64,000 nt of DNA from an uncultured virus (IMG/VR IMGVR_UViG_3300007516_000009). Taxonomy: Duplodnaviria; Heunggongvirae; Uroviricota; Caudoviricetes. The notes below the pieces were generated by a model that was not told the origin of the DNA, did not search any database, and saw only the letters and a list, made by a program, of their open reading frames with translations. Positions 1 through 7,537 of the stretch are shown here, in pieces. Location: IMG/VR virus record IMGVR_UViG_3300007516_000009; one strand, written 5' to 3'. The translations under genes were made by a program, and so were the position numbers. Every line of letters begins with the position of its first letter. The first letter of the stretch is position 1.

Positions 1-589
1 CAATATTATTTGCAATCGTCTGTGCCTGGATCTTATAAGTTCCAGCATCACCCGCGGTTGGCGTAAAACTAAACACAAGCGTGTTGTTTGCATTAACGAT
101 GCCTGTGTTGGAATTCGAAGGCGCAGCAATAGCAATTACAGTTGAATTTCCACCAGCCGTGTTAGCGATCAGAATTCGGTTGTTTCCAGATAAACCTGAG
201 TGCTTTACGGGTTCGTTATATACCACGTAAATCTTTACCGCAGTACTTCCAGAATAGGCGGCGGTTATAGAATTGGAATCAAGATATATTTGAGCAATAT
301 CTGGGTTGCCCAGATGGTTGTTGGATGCATAACTGAAACCATCACCAGTTCCTGGGTGAGCAGCAACTAGGACTTCATCAACGATTCGAGGAGTAGAACC
401 AACGCCACCGGTCTGCTTAATTGTACGTCGAACCCAACCTTTAGCGGTAGCAATAACATTACGTTTTGAACTGAGCAAATCGGCCTGTGAATTCGGCTGA
501 AATCCGGCTTTTAGGCCGCCAGTTGGATTAGTTGTAGTTGACCCGGCATTGTTTTGATTCTTTTCTTTTCTGAAATCCCAAGATGACAT
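1..589 (-). CDS. Virion structural protein, partial (runs off the window)
   Basis: My translation from ATG at 589 reads MSSWDFRKEKNQNNAG...RNVIATAKGWVRRT...DEVLVAA; a TATAAATA late promoter lies at 665-672. Not in the ORF track because it has no stop in the window. Confidence 0.6.
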   Translation of the reverse strand, partial: MSSWDFRKEKNQNNAGSTTTNPTGGLKAGFQPNSQADLLSSKRNVIATAKGWVRRTIKQTGGVGSTPRIVDEVLVAAHPGTGDGFSYASNNHLGNPDIAQIYLDSNSITAAYSGSTAVKIYVVYNEPVKHSGLSGNNRILIANTAGGNSTVIAIAAPSNSNTGIVNANNTLVFSFTPTAGDAGTYKIQAQTIANNI

Positions 590-664
590 TTATTTTCTTC
601 CTTATTTTCTCTTTTCTTGGCAATATTGCCCTTACTCGGCATAACAAAAACTTCAATTATGGTT

Positions 665-672
665 TATTTATA
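665..672 (-). promoter_or_regulatory. T4-type late promoter TATAAATA
   Basis: Exact consensus. Further exact copies at 1651, 2513, 3128, 31192, 33015, 34136, 36520, 38491, 41153, 46473, 57296 and 61181, each just upstream of a structural or putative internal-protein gene; gp55 is encoded in the window. Confidence 0.85.
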
Positions 673-675
673 CGC

Positions 676-1623
676 TTACAGTTTATTAAGATTATTAATG
701 AAATCCAGTTCTTCACGTGTCAACTTATCGGTGGCGGTTTCAATGCCACGCTGACGTTTTTTCATTTTTTTCAGGGCGGCGCCGTACTCGTAGCGCTCGG
801 CGCCGGCTTCGATCCCAGCCATTCCGCGGTCTCTTGCCGCGCCTTTAACATATCTACCAAGAGTTTTCTTTGACAGTTCATCGAGTTCTTCAGCGTCCAT
901 ATTGTCCATCATGCTTACCAGTTCTTCTTTCTTCAGCCGCTCGACGTGCCGCTGATCAACGCGCCAGCGCTGGCGCTGCAGCAGCCGCTCGCCGCGGGCG
1001 GTGACGGGCACGGCGGCGTCTTGCGCAGCAGTCGATGCGGTCTTAACATAGCTACCAAGAGTTTTCTTTGACACTTCATCAAGACTAAGTTCTTCTTTAT
1101 TCTGAACATAAAGAGCTTCAAGCTGAGTAGCAATGTAAGCTCGCTGGCCGCGGATACGCGGTGTAGTTCCTGCAAGTCGCGAATATTTCTGCTCTAGAAT
1201 ACGAATTTCATCTTGTGTTGACATTTGTTGTCCTTTATTATCTGATGTGTTGAAATGACCTAGTTCTTCGGTGAAACTCATATCAAGCGAAACGCCTTCT
1301 TTCACGGCCCGTTTAGTTGTGATCGCAGCCATCGCTTGCTTAGCACGATTGCCATATTTGACTCTAAACTGAGCACCTTTGGTTTTTAGAGCCGTGATTA
1401 GTTGATCGCGCTTTACAGACTGTGCATCAGTCAGTTCATCAAGACTAAGTTCTTCGGCTACGCCTTTAGTCATCGTATATTTCGGCTGAGTATCAACGAT
1501 ATCTTTTTCACCAGAAAGAGTTTTCTTTCCCTTTTTCTTAGGTTCTTCTTTACGGCCCTCAAGTACAGCTCTAATAGCGCTAAACAGAGGATCTGACTCT
1601 GGATTTCTAAAATAATTAGACAT
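676..1623 (-). CDS. Late, probably capsid-internal (prohead core-like) protein built of modules separated by EELxLDE motifs
   Basis: Late promoter at 1651-1658; repeated EELSLDE/EELDE sites and two SKKTLGxYVK modules. Confidence 0.65.
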   Translation of the reverse strand: MSNYFRNPESDPLFSAIRAVLEGRKEEPKKKGKKTLSGEKDIVDTQPKYTMTKGVAEELSLDELTDAQSVKRDQLITALKTKGAQFRVKYGNRAKQAMAAITTKRAVKEGVSLDMSFTEELGHFNTSDNKGQQMSTQDEIRILEQKYSRLAGTTPRIRGQRAYIATQLEALYVQNKEELSLDEVSKKTLGSYVKTASTAAQDAAVPVTARGERLLQRQRWRVDQRHVERLKKEELVSMMDNMDAEELDELSKKTLGRYVKGAARDRGMAGIEAGAERYEYGAALKKMKKRQRGIETATDKLTREELDFINNLNKL

Positions 1624-1734
1624 TGATTGGCTCCAGATATGTTTTCTTATTATTTATAATAACCGAACTTTTATTAAATGATATTTAACGACTAACTATA
1701 ACGTCTTGATGAGTTTGGTTCGTGTACAGTTTTC

Positions 1735-1890
1735 TCAATGCGCCAACCATCCTTTGTGTGTTAAAACGCGTGGATGCTTCTTAGCGTCTTTGGATTCGCC
1801 CTCTGGTGTATTTGAAAATCCCGGTTTTGCAGCAGGCACATCAACCGCTATTTCTTTTTTCTGCGAAGAACCGAACGTTCCCTTAGTCAT
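1735..1890 (-). CDS. Small hypothetical protein (51 aa, MTKGTFGSSQKK...)
   Basis: My translation; ATG overlaps the end of the upstream ORF. Could instead be a frameshifted tail of that ORF. Confidence 0.35.
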   Translation of the reverse strand: MTKGTFGSSQKKEIAVDVPAAKPGFSNTPEGESKDAKKHPRVLTHKGWLAH

Positions 1891-2482
1891 GTGTACAATA
1901 ACTTCTTCTGGTTACTGAATCAGTTCGTTCATTAAATAGAGACTCGAATACTAGATTAACTGCTTCATTTTTAGTTCCACGGGATTGTTTAAGCCGCTCA
2001 GCCTCTGCTTTACGGATTTTTGGTAGAAGACGCTTTGAAATTCGACCAACCTGTGACATCTTTTTCTGGATTATTTTATCGACTGACATTTTAGCAGTTG
2101 CACTAAGCGATGCGTATTTTTCGCCCTGTTTACCAGCAAAACGTTTACGGAGAAGTCTAATTGCTGCTTTGCGTGACCGCTTATCAAGCTGAGCTGGCGG
2201 AGCCATACGCCGTTTAGCAATTTCACGCTTGCGCTTCAGACGAGGCGCTAGACGTTTCATCCGACGCCCAAGCTTGATTCGTTGCTGAACGTTTAGTGGC
2301 TTACGTTCGGCAATATATTCTTCGAATATATCGTCTAGTTCTGTATCCGCGTCGAGCTCATCAAAATCAAGCATATCGACAAAAACATCGAGATCAGAAT
2401 CACTAATCTCAAAATCTTCATCATCAAGTTCAATTACTTCATTTAAAGAACGAATCTTTTCGTATGCTGAAATATATGTCAT
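1883..2482 (-). CDS. Late prohead-core-like protein with acidic N-terminus and highly basic C-terminus
   Basis: Late promoter at 2513-2520; acidic propeptide ending YIAE, then R/K-rich 'LNVQQRIKLGRRMKR' segment typical of T4-like core proteins. Confidence 0.6.
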   Translation of the reverse strand: MTYISAYEKIRSLNEVIELDDEDFEISDSDLDVFVDMLDFDELDADTELDDIFEEYIAERKPLNVQQRIKLGRRMKRLAPRLKRKREIAKRRMAPPAQLDKRSRKAAIRLLRKRFAGKQGEKYASLSATAKMSVDKIIQKKMSQVGRISKRLLPKIRKAEAERLKQSRGTKNEAVNLVFESLFNERTDSVTRRSYCTHD

Positions 2483-2515
2483 GTTATAGCTCGGTCCTTT
2501 GCGTTTATTGAATAT

Positions 2516-3109
2516 TTATATCGTTTTGATCTTATGTCTGTCGATGATTTTAATCGACTCTGGATGATATGCTAAGAAAACATCATGACGTTTCAGTCCC
2601 ATATTAATACCGCCATTATAACGCAACCCATCATAGCCGTTTCTAATTAATATAGCTCTCGTTTTTGCAGTGGTTATCCCGCCGCGAGAAAGACCTTTAA
2701 ATACTTGTTCTCCTGTTAATACTTTTTTGCCGTCCTTCAGTGATGAAAGAACGGCAAATGTATCCACGCCATATGAAAGAAGACTAGCACCACGAGCGAA
2801 ACTATCGACATCATCACCAATTAATTTAGTTAAATCTTTTCCCGTGAACTTATGGTCAACATCAAAAATATTTTTGAGTCTAAGCATTACCTCATATAGA
2901 ACTGGTTCGCCGGTTTTTTTTGCCATACCATTAGCATAGTTTATACCGACTTCTCTATCAGTAGTGAAGTATGCTATTCCACCGCCATAAAAATCATTTG
3001 GAATTCTGGCTTTTTTAGCATCAAATTTACTAAAAAACGAATTCGACCCATGATAGGCGGTACCAGAGAACTTTTCTTCTGTGATGAATTTTCCGAATGA
3101 AATTAGCAT
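2516..3109 (-). CDS. ADP-ribosyltransferase-like (ART-PolyVal-type) protein with capsid-targeting-like N-terminus
   Basis: YHGS...F..FD, G.YFT, YA, YEV.L and GYDG motifs; N-terminus MLISFGKFITEE; late promoter at 3128-3135. Confidence 0.6.
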   Translation of the reverse strand: MLISFGKFITEEKFSGTAYHGSNSFFSKFDAKKARIPNDFYGGGIAYFTTDREVGINYANGMAKKTGEPVLYEVMLRLKNIFDVDHKFTGKDLTKLIGDDVDSFARGASLLSYGVDTFAVLSSLKDGKKVLTGEQVFKGLSRGGITTAKTRAILIRNGYDGLRYNGGINMGLKRHDVFLAYHPESIKIIDRHKIKTI

Positions 3110-3130
3110 ATATACCTCACTTTAGTATAT

Positions 3131-3550
3131 TTATATGCTAAGGTTTTCCACTTTAATATCGGCACTAAGAAGATAATCGATCCCGCTGGTATCTCGATAA
3201 TCTTCTGCATAATAAACTTCCGTGATACCAGAAACTAAAAGCAACTTAGCACAATCAAGACACGGCATCATAGTGATAAAAACTATTGCGCCTTCGCTCG
3301 ACTCGTTGCTTCGGGAAAGTTTTCCAATCGCATTAGCTTCGGCGTGAATGACTTCGTTATGAGTTATCAGACCGAGTTGAGTTTTATCTTCACAATTATT
3401 ATCTGCGCCGGGCCGAGTTCCATTATACCCAGTCGAAATAACTCGGCCATTTTTAACAACTATACAACCAACACCGCCGCGGCGTGCAGTACTACATTCT
3501 GCCCAATTATATGCGGTCTTCATAAATGCTATTTCATGTTTTCGTTTCAT
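3131..3550 (-). CDS. cd: dCMP deaminase
   Basis: GYNG, HAEANAI and PCLDCAK zinc-deaminase motifs. Confidence 0.92.
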   Translation of the reverse strand: MKRKHEIAFMKTAYNWAECSTARRGGVGCIVVKNGRVISTGYNGTRPGADNNCEDKTQLGLITHNEVIHAEANAIGKLSRSNESSEGAIVFITMMPCLDCAKLLLVSGITEVYYAEDYRDTSGIDYLLSADIKVENLSI

Positions 3551-3971
3551 CTAAATACTCCTTTAAGAGAGCCTCACTCATAGTAAAGGCCTCAATCTCC
3601 CATGGCTGTTGGTAATAATCTTCAATGTTAGAACAATCCTGGTTTTTCCACATTTGTCTATAGCCATACGTTTGAACATCCCGAAGCTCATTATAGGCAT
3701 ATTGCTTTACATGAACGAACTCATGAAACAAAATTTCAAGCAAAATATCATCTGGTAATTTTCGTTCTAGTTGAATTAAAAACTCTCTTGGGCGGCGATG
3801 GCTATCCGTCCACTCAGTCAAGCCCTGAACCTGTGGCAGTTGCCTAAATTTGATATCCACTCTGATATTTCGTAGAAGAGAAGCACGAATAAGCCTGGGC
3901 GCCACCCATCCAGCAGCGCCCAAGACCAATATTTTCTGTTTTTTGTAGCCGTTAAGTACCGATAATTCCAT
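3534..3971 (-). CDS. Putative zinc metallopeptidase
   Basis: HEFVHVKQY (HExxH) and PWEIEA motifs. Confidence 0.7.
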   Translation of the reverse strand: MELSVLNGYKKQKILVLGAAGWVAPRLIRASLLRNIRVDIKFRQLPQVQGLTEWTDSHRRPREFLIQLERKLPDDILLEILFHEFVHVKQYAYNELRDVQTYGYRQMWKNQDCSNIEDYYQQPWEIEAFTMSEALLKEYLDETKT

Positions 3972-4096
3972 GCTACTACCCGATTAAGAAGGCCCCGACA
4001 AACCAAGCAATGAGCATAAAGAAAAGAAACATCAGAGCAAAACACAAGCCAAACAAAAACAAATTCCAAAAAAACAAGACGAAATATTTTACGGTT

Positions 4097-4438
4097 TTAA
4101 CCGCGAGCGAAATCATCTTCGGCCACCTCTCTATCGAACGCCACGACAGCATCGTCATAGCAATCTGCACTAAATTTGAAACTGTCATTGCCCATTTCCA
4201 ATTCGTAGCAGTGAATTTCTTTGTGCGCGTCCATATTTATATGCGCCCACAGCACCACGCGATTCCCCTTGGAATCAACCCCATCTCGACGAAATTCGGG
4301 CTTGATGTAATTGGGCAGCTGGGTTTCCCATTTGGTTCCGGTGAAGTAGACAGTTGCTGCAGTACACCCAGCCCAACGGGTCGCGGCGAGCGCTTCGAGT
4401 CGGCTCGTACCACTATAAAGAACTCTGTATTCGTACAT
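4097..4438 (-). CDS. Early hypothetical protein
   Basis: ORF with GAGG RBS immediately downstream of a sigma70-like promoter. Confidence 0.55.
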   Translation of the reverse strand: MYEYRVLYSGTSRLEALAATRWAGCTAATVYFTGTKWETQLPNYIKPEFRRDGVDSKGNRVVLWAHINMDAHKEIHCYELEMGNDSFKFSADCYDDAVVAFDREVAEDDFARG

Positions 4439-4467
4439 GATGTAACCTCTATGTTTATCCTAATATG

Positions 4468-4496
4468 AATATAACACTAAGCGCTCGATTTGTCAA
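4468..4496 (-). promoter_or_regulatory. Sigma70-like early promoter
   Basis: TTGACA-17 bp-TATATT with an upstream A-tract. Confidence 0.7.
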
Positions 4497-4510
4497 TCTT
4501 TTTTTAAAAA

Positions 4511-4708
4511 CTAAATCTTTTTTCTATCAAGGTCTACCGATAGCCCAGACACGAAAAAGGCAGGAATGACTCCCTCGAAGCCACACAACCTGAGCGTTGA
4601 TGATGCATATTTATTAGCGACGTGCCGGTCTGAGGAAAAGACTACACACGTGCCAGTAGAGCTATCGAATACCTTAAACTTATCGCCAAACTGTCTCACT
4701 TCAAACAT
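4511..4708 (-). CDS. Conserved-type small hypothetical protein
   Basis: GGGAG RBS; GFEGVIPAFF motif resembles small T4-like phage proteins. Confidence 0.55.
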   Translation of the reverse strand: MFEVRQFGDKFKVFDSSTGTCVVFSSDRHVANKYASSTLRLCGFEGVIPAFFVSGLSVDLDRKKI

Positions 4709-4733
4709 ATAAGAACTCCCAAATAAAGTTGCA

Positions 4734-6152
4734 TTAACCGAACAGATTGCCGAAATCTTTCTTCCCAGCCTTTTTAGTCATGAAATTCATAGAATCATCT
4801 TCGTTCGCTCGACTACCAAAGTCAGAATTATCCATAACTGGTTTATCGCTTACGATATCTTTCTGCGCCAACTGTTCGGTATTAAATAATCGCATTTTGG
4901 ATCTATCAACTCCAACGACAAAGCGTTTATGATATGACAGATCGTTATACCGGTTCTTTAGCTGCTTGAACATCAACTGGCCAAGAGACTCAAGTTCTTC
5001 AGACGAAATGATTGCGATCATTAAGTCAACAGTTGCGGGAAGCGCGAAAGATTCTGAAGTATCTTCTAGGCCTGGATCTGAATTCGTGAATCCAGTTCTA
5101 TTGAGCTGGGTTGCAGTAACAATTGGTAGATTTTTCTCAACTGCCAGACCACGCAGTTCTTCAGCCACGGCCTTGATGTACGTATAGCTGTTAACATTAG
5201 CACTATATTTGTGTCGTGCTGAAGTGCATAGATTAATATAGTCAATGTAAACGATATCAGGTCTGAAGTTCTTTTTTAAACTCAACTCACCCAATAAATG
5301 TCGAAAGTGATTAGATCCAACAGTTGCAGTCGGATATTCCTTGATGATAAGCTTTCCATTTGTCTTATTTTTCAGGCGAGTAATTTTATCATCATATAGT
5401 TTTTCAGAAGCAGCTGCAAGCTCACTGAGTGGAATATTCAATAGGTTTGCATCAATTCGTTCGGCGATCCGTTCTTCGGCCATTTCAAGCGTGATGTAGA
5501 GAACGTTTTTGCCATCAAGCAGATTTGCTGAGGCCATATGACACATCGCGAGTGTCTTCCCCACCCCAGTTCCTGCGAGTAAAACGCTGAGTGTTTTTTT
5601 AGCTAACCCGCCCTTAGTGATAAGATTCAGATACTCGATATCAAACGGTATCCTATCTTCAGTTCGGTGATAAAACTCGAACCGCTCTTTAGAATCTTCA
5701 AGAAAGTCATGGCCAATGTGAGTATCAAACGAAACCCCAAGCGCGTTAGTCAAAATTGTTGGAATATTGCCCTTGTCTTGCGCTGTATCTTTTCCGTCAA
5801 TGATAGAAATCGAGTCCATTATTGCATTAAAGACGGCTTTATCTTTACAGAAAGCTTCAGTGGATTCAATCAACCAGTCTATATTCTTCTTGTCAAATGT
5901 TATGTCATTATTAACAAACTCTATAGCTTTAGAATAAATCTGTTCTGGTATTGATGTGCTATTAGTTAGTTCAATAAGCAGAGTTTCTTTTGTGGGCAAT
6001 CCATTGTACTTGGTTATGAACCGCTCAATTTCTTTAAATACTTGTTTTTCAGTAGCATCATGGAAATATTCAGGAGTCAAAAACGGCAGAACGCGGCGCG
6101 TATACTCCTCGTTAAATACCAGGTTGCTCAATATCGTTTGTTCTATCCTCAT
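4734..6152 (-). CDS. 41: DnaB-like replicative helicase gp41
   Basis: AGTGVGKT Walker A, ITLEMAEE, IKEYPT, DYINL, TSESFALPAT; start placed at MRIEQ (6152) behind GAGGA. Confidence 0.97.
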   Translation of the reverse strand: MRIEQTILSNLVFNEEYTRRVLPFLTPEYFHDATEKQVFKEIERFITKYNGLPTKETLLIELTNSTSIPEQIYSKAIEFVNNDITFDKKNIDWLIESTEAFCKDKAVFNAIMDSISIIDGKDTAQDKGNIPTILTNALGVSFDTHIGHDFLEDSKERFEFYHRTEDRIPFDIEYLNLITKGGLAKKTLSVLLAGTGVGKTLAMCHMASANLLDGKNVLYITLEMAEERIAERIDANLLNIPLSELAAASEKLYDDKITRLKNKTNGKLIIKEYPTATVGSNHFRHLLGELSLKKNFRPDIVYIDYINLCTSARHKYSANVNSYTYIKAVAEELRGLAVEKNLPIVTATQLNRTGFTNSDPGLEDTSESFALPATVDLMIAIISSEELESLGQLMFKQLKNRYNDLSYHKRFVVGVDRSKMRLFNTEQLAQKDIVSDKPVMDNSDFGSRANEDDSMNFMTKKAGKKDFGNLFG

Positions 6153-6429
6153 TCGACGCACTTTCCTCAATTAATGAAACCAAAATGTCACCAAGGGTTC
6201 TTTCCAGCCCGTATTTATCCCCAGTCGTTAAGGCGTCTGGATCAATTCCTTCTGGTAGAAAGACAATATCATATTCAAATGCCAGAGTTGCGTGCTCATC
6301 AAACTCCTTTACCTTCACTGTTCTGTAATTATAAATCAATCCTTCCCATGGACCCGAGCTGATTTCGATTTTAGCTACATCATCCTTTTCATACCCATCA
6401 AACAATACGATAAACTTTGTGTTAGACAT
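6112..6429 (-). CDS. gp40-like head vertex assembly chaperone
   Basis: Located between uvsX and gp41 as in T4; LxFxYD and GDILVSLIEE motifs. Confidence 0.6.
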   Translation of the reverse strand: MSNTKFIVLFDGYEKDDVAKIEISSGPWEGLIYNYRTVKVKEFDEHATLAFEYDIVFLPEGIDPDALTTGDKYGLERTLGDILVSLIEESASNEDRTNDIEQPGI

Positions 6430-7471
6430 AATCCGCTCCTTGCATCATTGGTCGATCCGTGTTGAGCGCATACTTACGATTTATATAATTAATAAGATCT
6501 GTTTTCTCGAACATCATCTCCCAAAATTCTTTGTTGTTGTTGATTTCATCCGCGCGAAACATTTTATCTCCGAGAATTTCTCCGGTGTCTGGATTGTGTA
6601 TTTCGTACCAGCCCTTCTTCGGTTTAGTAACGAACCCGCCTTCTTCTGCAACCTCGAGCATTCCCGACCACTTGCTAATCCCGCCAGCAAACGAGACTGT
6701 GATTGGAATTTTGGATTTTTCAATAACGTGCCGCGACTTCTCGATGTTGATTATAAATCTATATCCGTGTAGTCCTTCAGTGTCTTTGTCCTGCTGCCGA
6801 CCGATCACCCAAATATCGTTAGACGAATAATAAATTCCCGAGCCTCCACTAACAATATCACGACTATACATTTCCATAGATTTGTACGTATGATTAACTA
6901 CAATGAGCGGTATGTCTTTAAGTGTCAGATGAGGAGTTACGATTCTGAATAGCGATTTCATTTGTTTAGCGCGTGTCATGTCGGCTACTGATTTTTCATT
7001 TAGTGCGTCTTCAACTTCCTTCCGAGAAGCCAAGTTGCCAACGGAATCAATCACAATAACGACCTTATCGCTACGCTCAAGTCCGCGGAGCTGGTTGGCG
7101 ATATCAAATTTCAGCTCCTCAATATCAGTAATGGGCGTGTGTACAACGCGGTTCATATCAATACCAAACGCATCAAAATATGTTTGCGGAGAGCCAAATT
7201 CAGAGTCATAGAAAAGCATAACGGAATCTGTATGTTTGCGGTGATACGCACTAGCAATAAGCAGAGCAAATAGTGACTTAAAGTGTTTCGATGGGCCAGC
7301 TAACATCAACAGACCAGGAGATAACCCACCATCTATTCGCGCAGATAATGCTACATTGAGCATTGGAATTGGTGTAGTCGCCATATCTTTCTTGCCGAAT
7401 ACTTTAGACTCAGTAATGATAGACGTAAGTTTTATAGTTGAATTTTTTGTGAGTTTATCTAATAGTGACAT
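6422..7471 (-). CDS. uvsX: RecA-like recombinase UvsX
   Basis: GPSKHFKS, YDSEFG, DSVGNLAS, DMTRAK.KSLFR. Confidence 0.97.
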   Translation of the reverse strand: MSLLDKLTKNSTIKLTSIITESKVFGKKDMATTPIPMLNVALSARIDGGLSPGLLMLAGPSKHFKSLFALLIASAYHRKHTDSVMLFYDSEFGSPQTYFDAFGIDMNRVVHTPITDIEELKFDIANQLRGLERSDKVVIVIDSVGNLASRKEVEDALNEKSVADMTRAKQMKSLFRIVTPHLTLKDIPLIVVNHTYKSMEMYSRDIVSGGSGIYYSSNDIWVIGRQQDKDTEGLHGYRFIINIEKSRHVIEKSKIPITVSFAGGISKWSGMLEVAEEGGFVTKPKKGWYEIHNPDTGEILGDKMFRADEINNNKEFWEMMFEKTDLINYINRKYALNTDRPMMQGADYV

Positions 7472-7502
7472 TTGTATTTGCTACTCCCTGAATAAGAGAC
7501 TA

Positions 7503-7531
7503 ATTATATAATATTCGTTTGGGGGTGTCAA
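7503..7531 (-). promoter_or_regulatory. Sigma70-like promoter for uvsX
   Basis: TTGACA-17 bp-TATAAT, perfect consensus. Confidence 0.75.
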
Positions 7532-7537
7532 TAGAAC

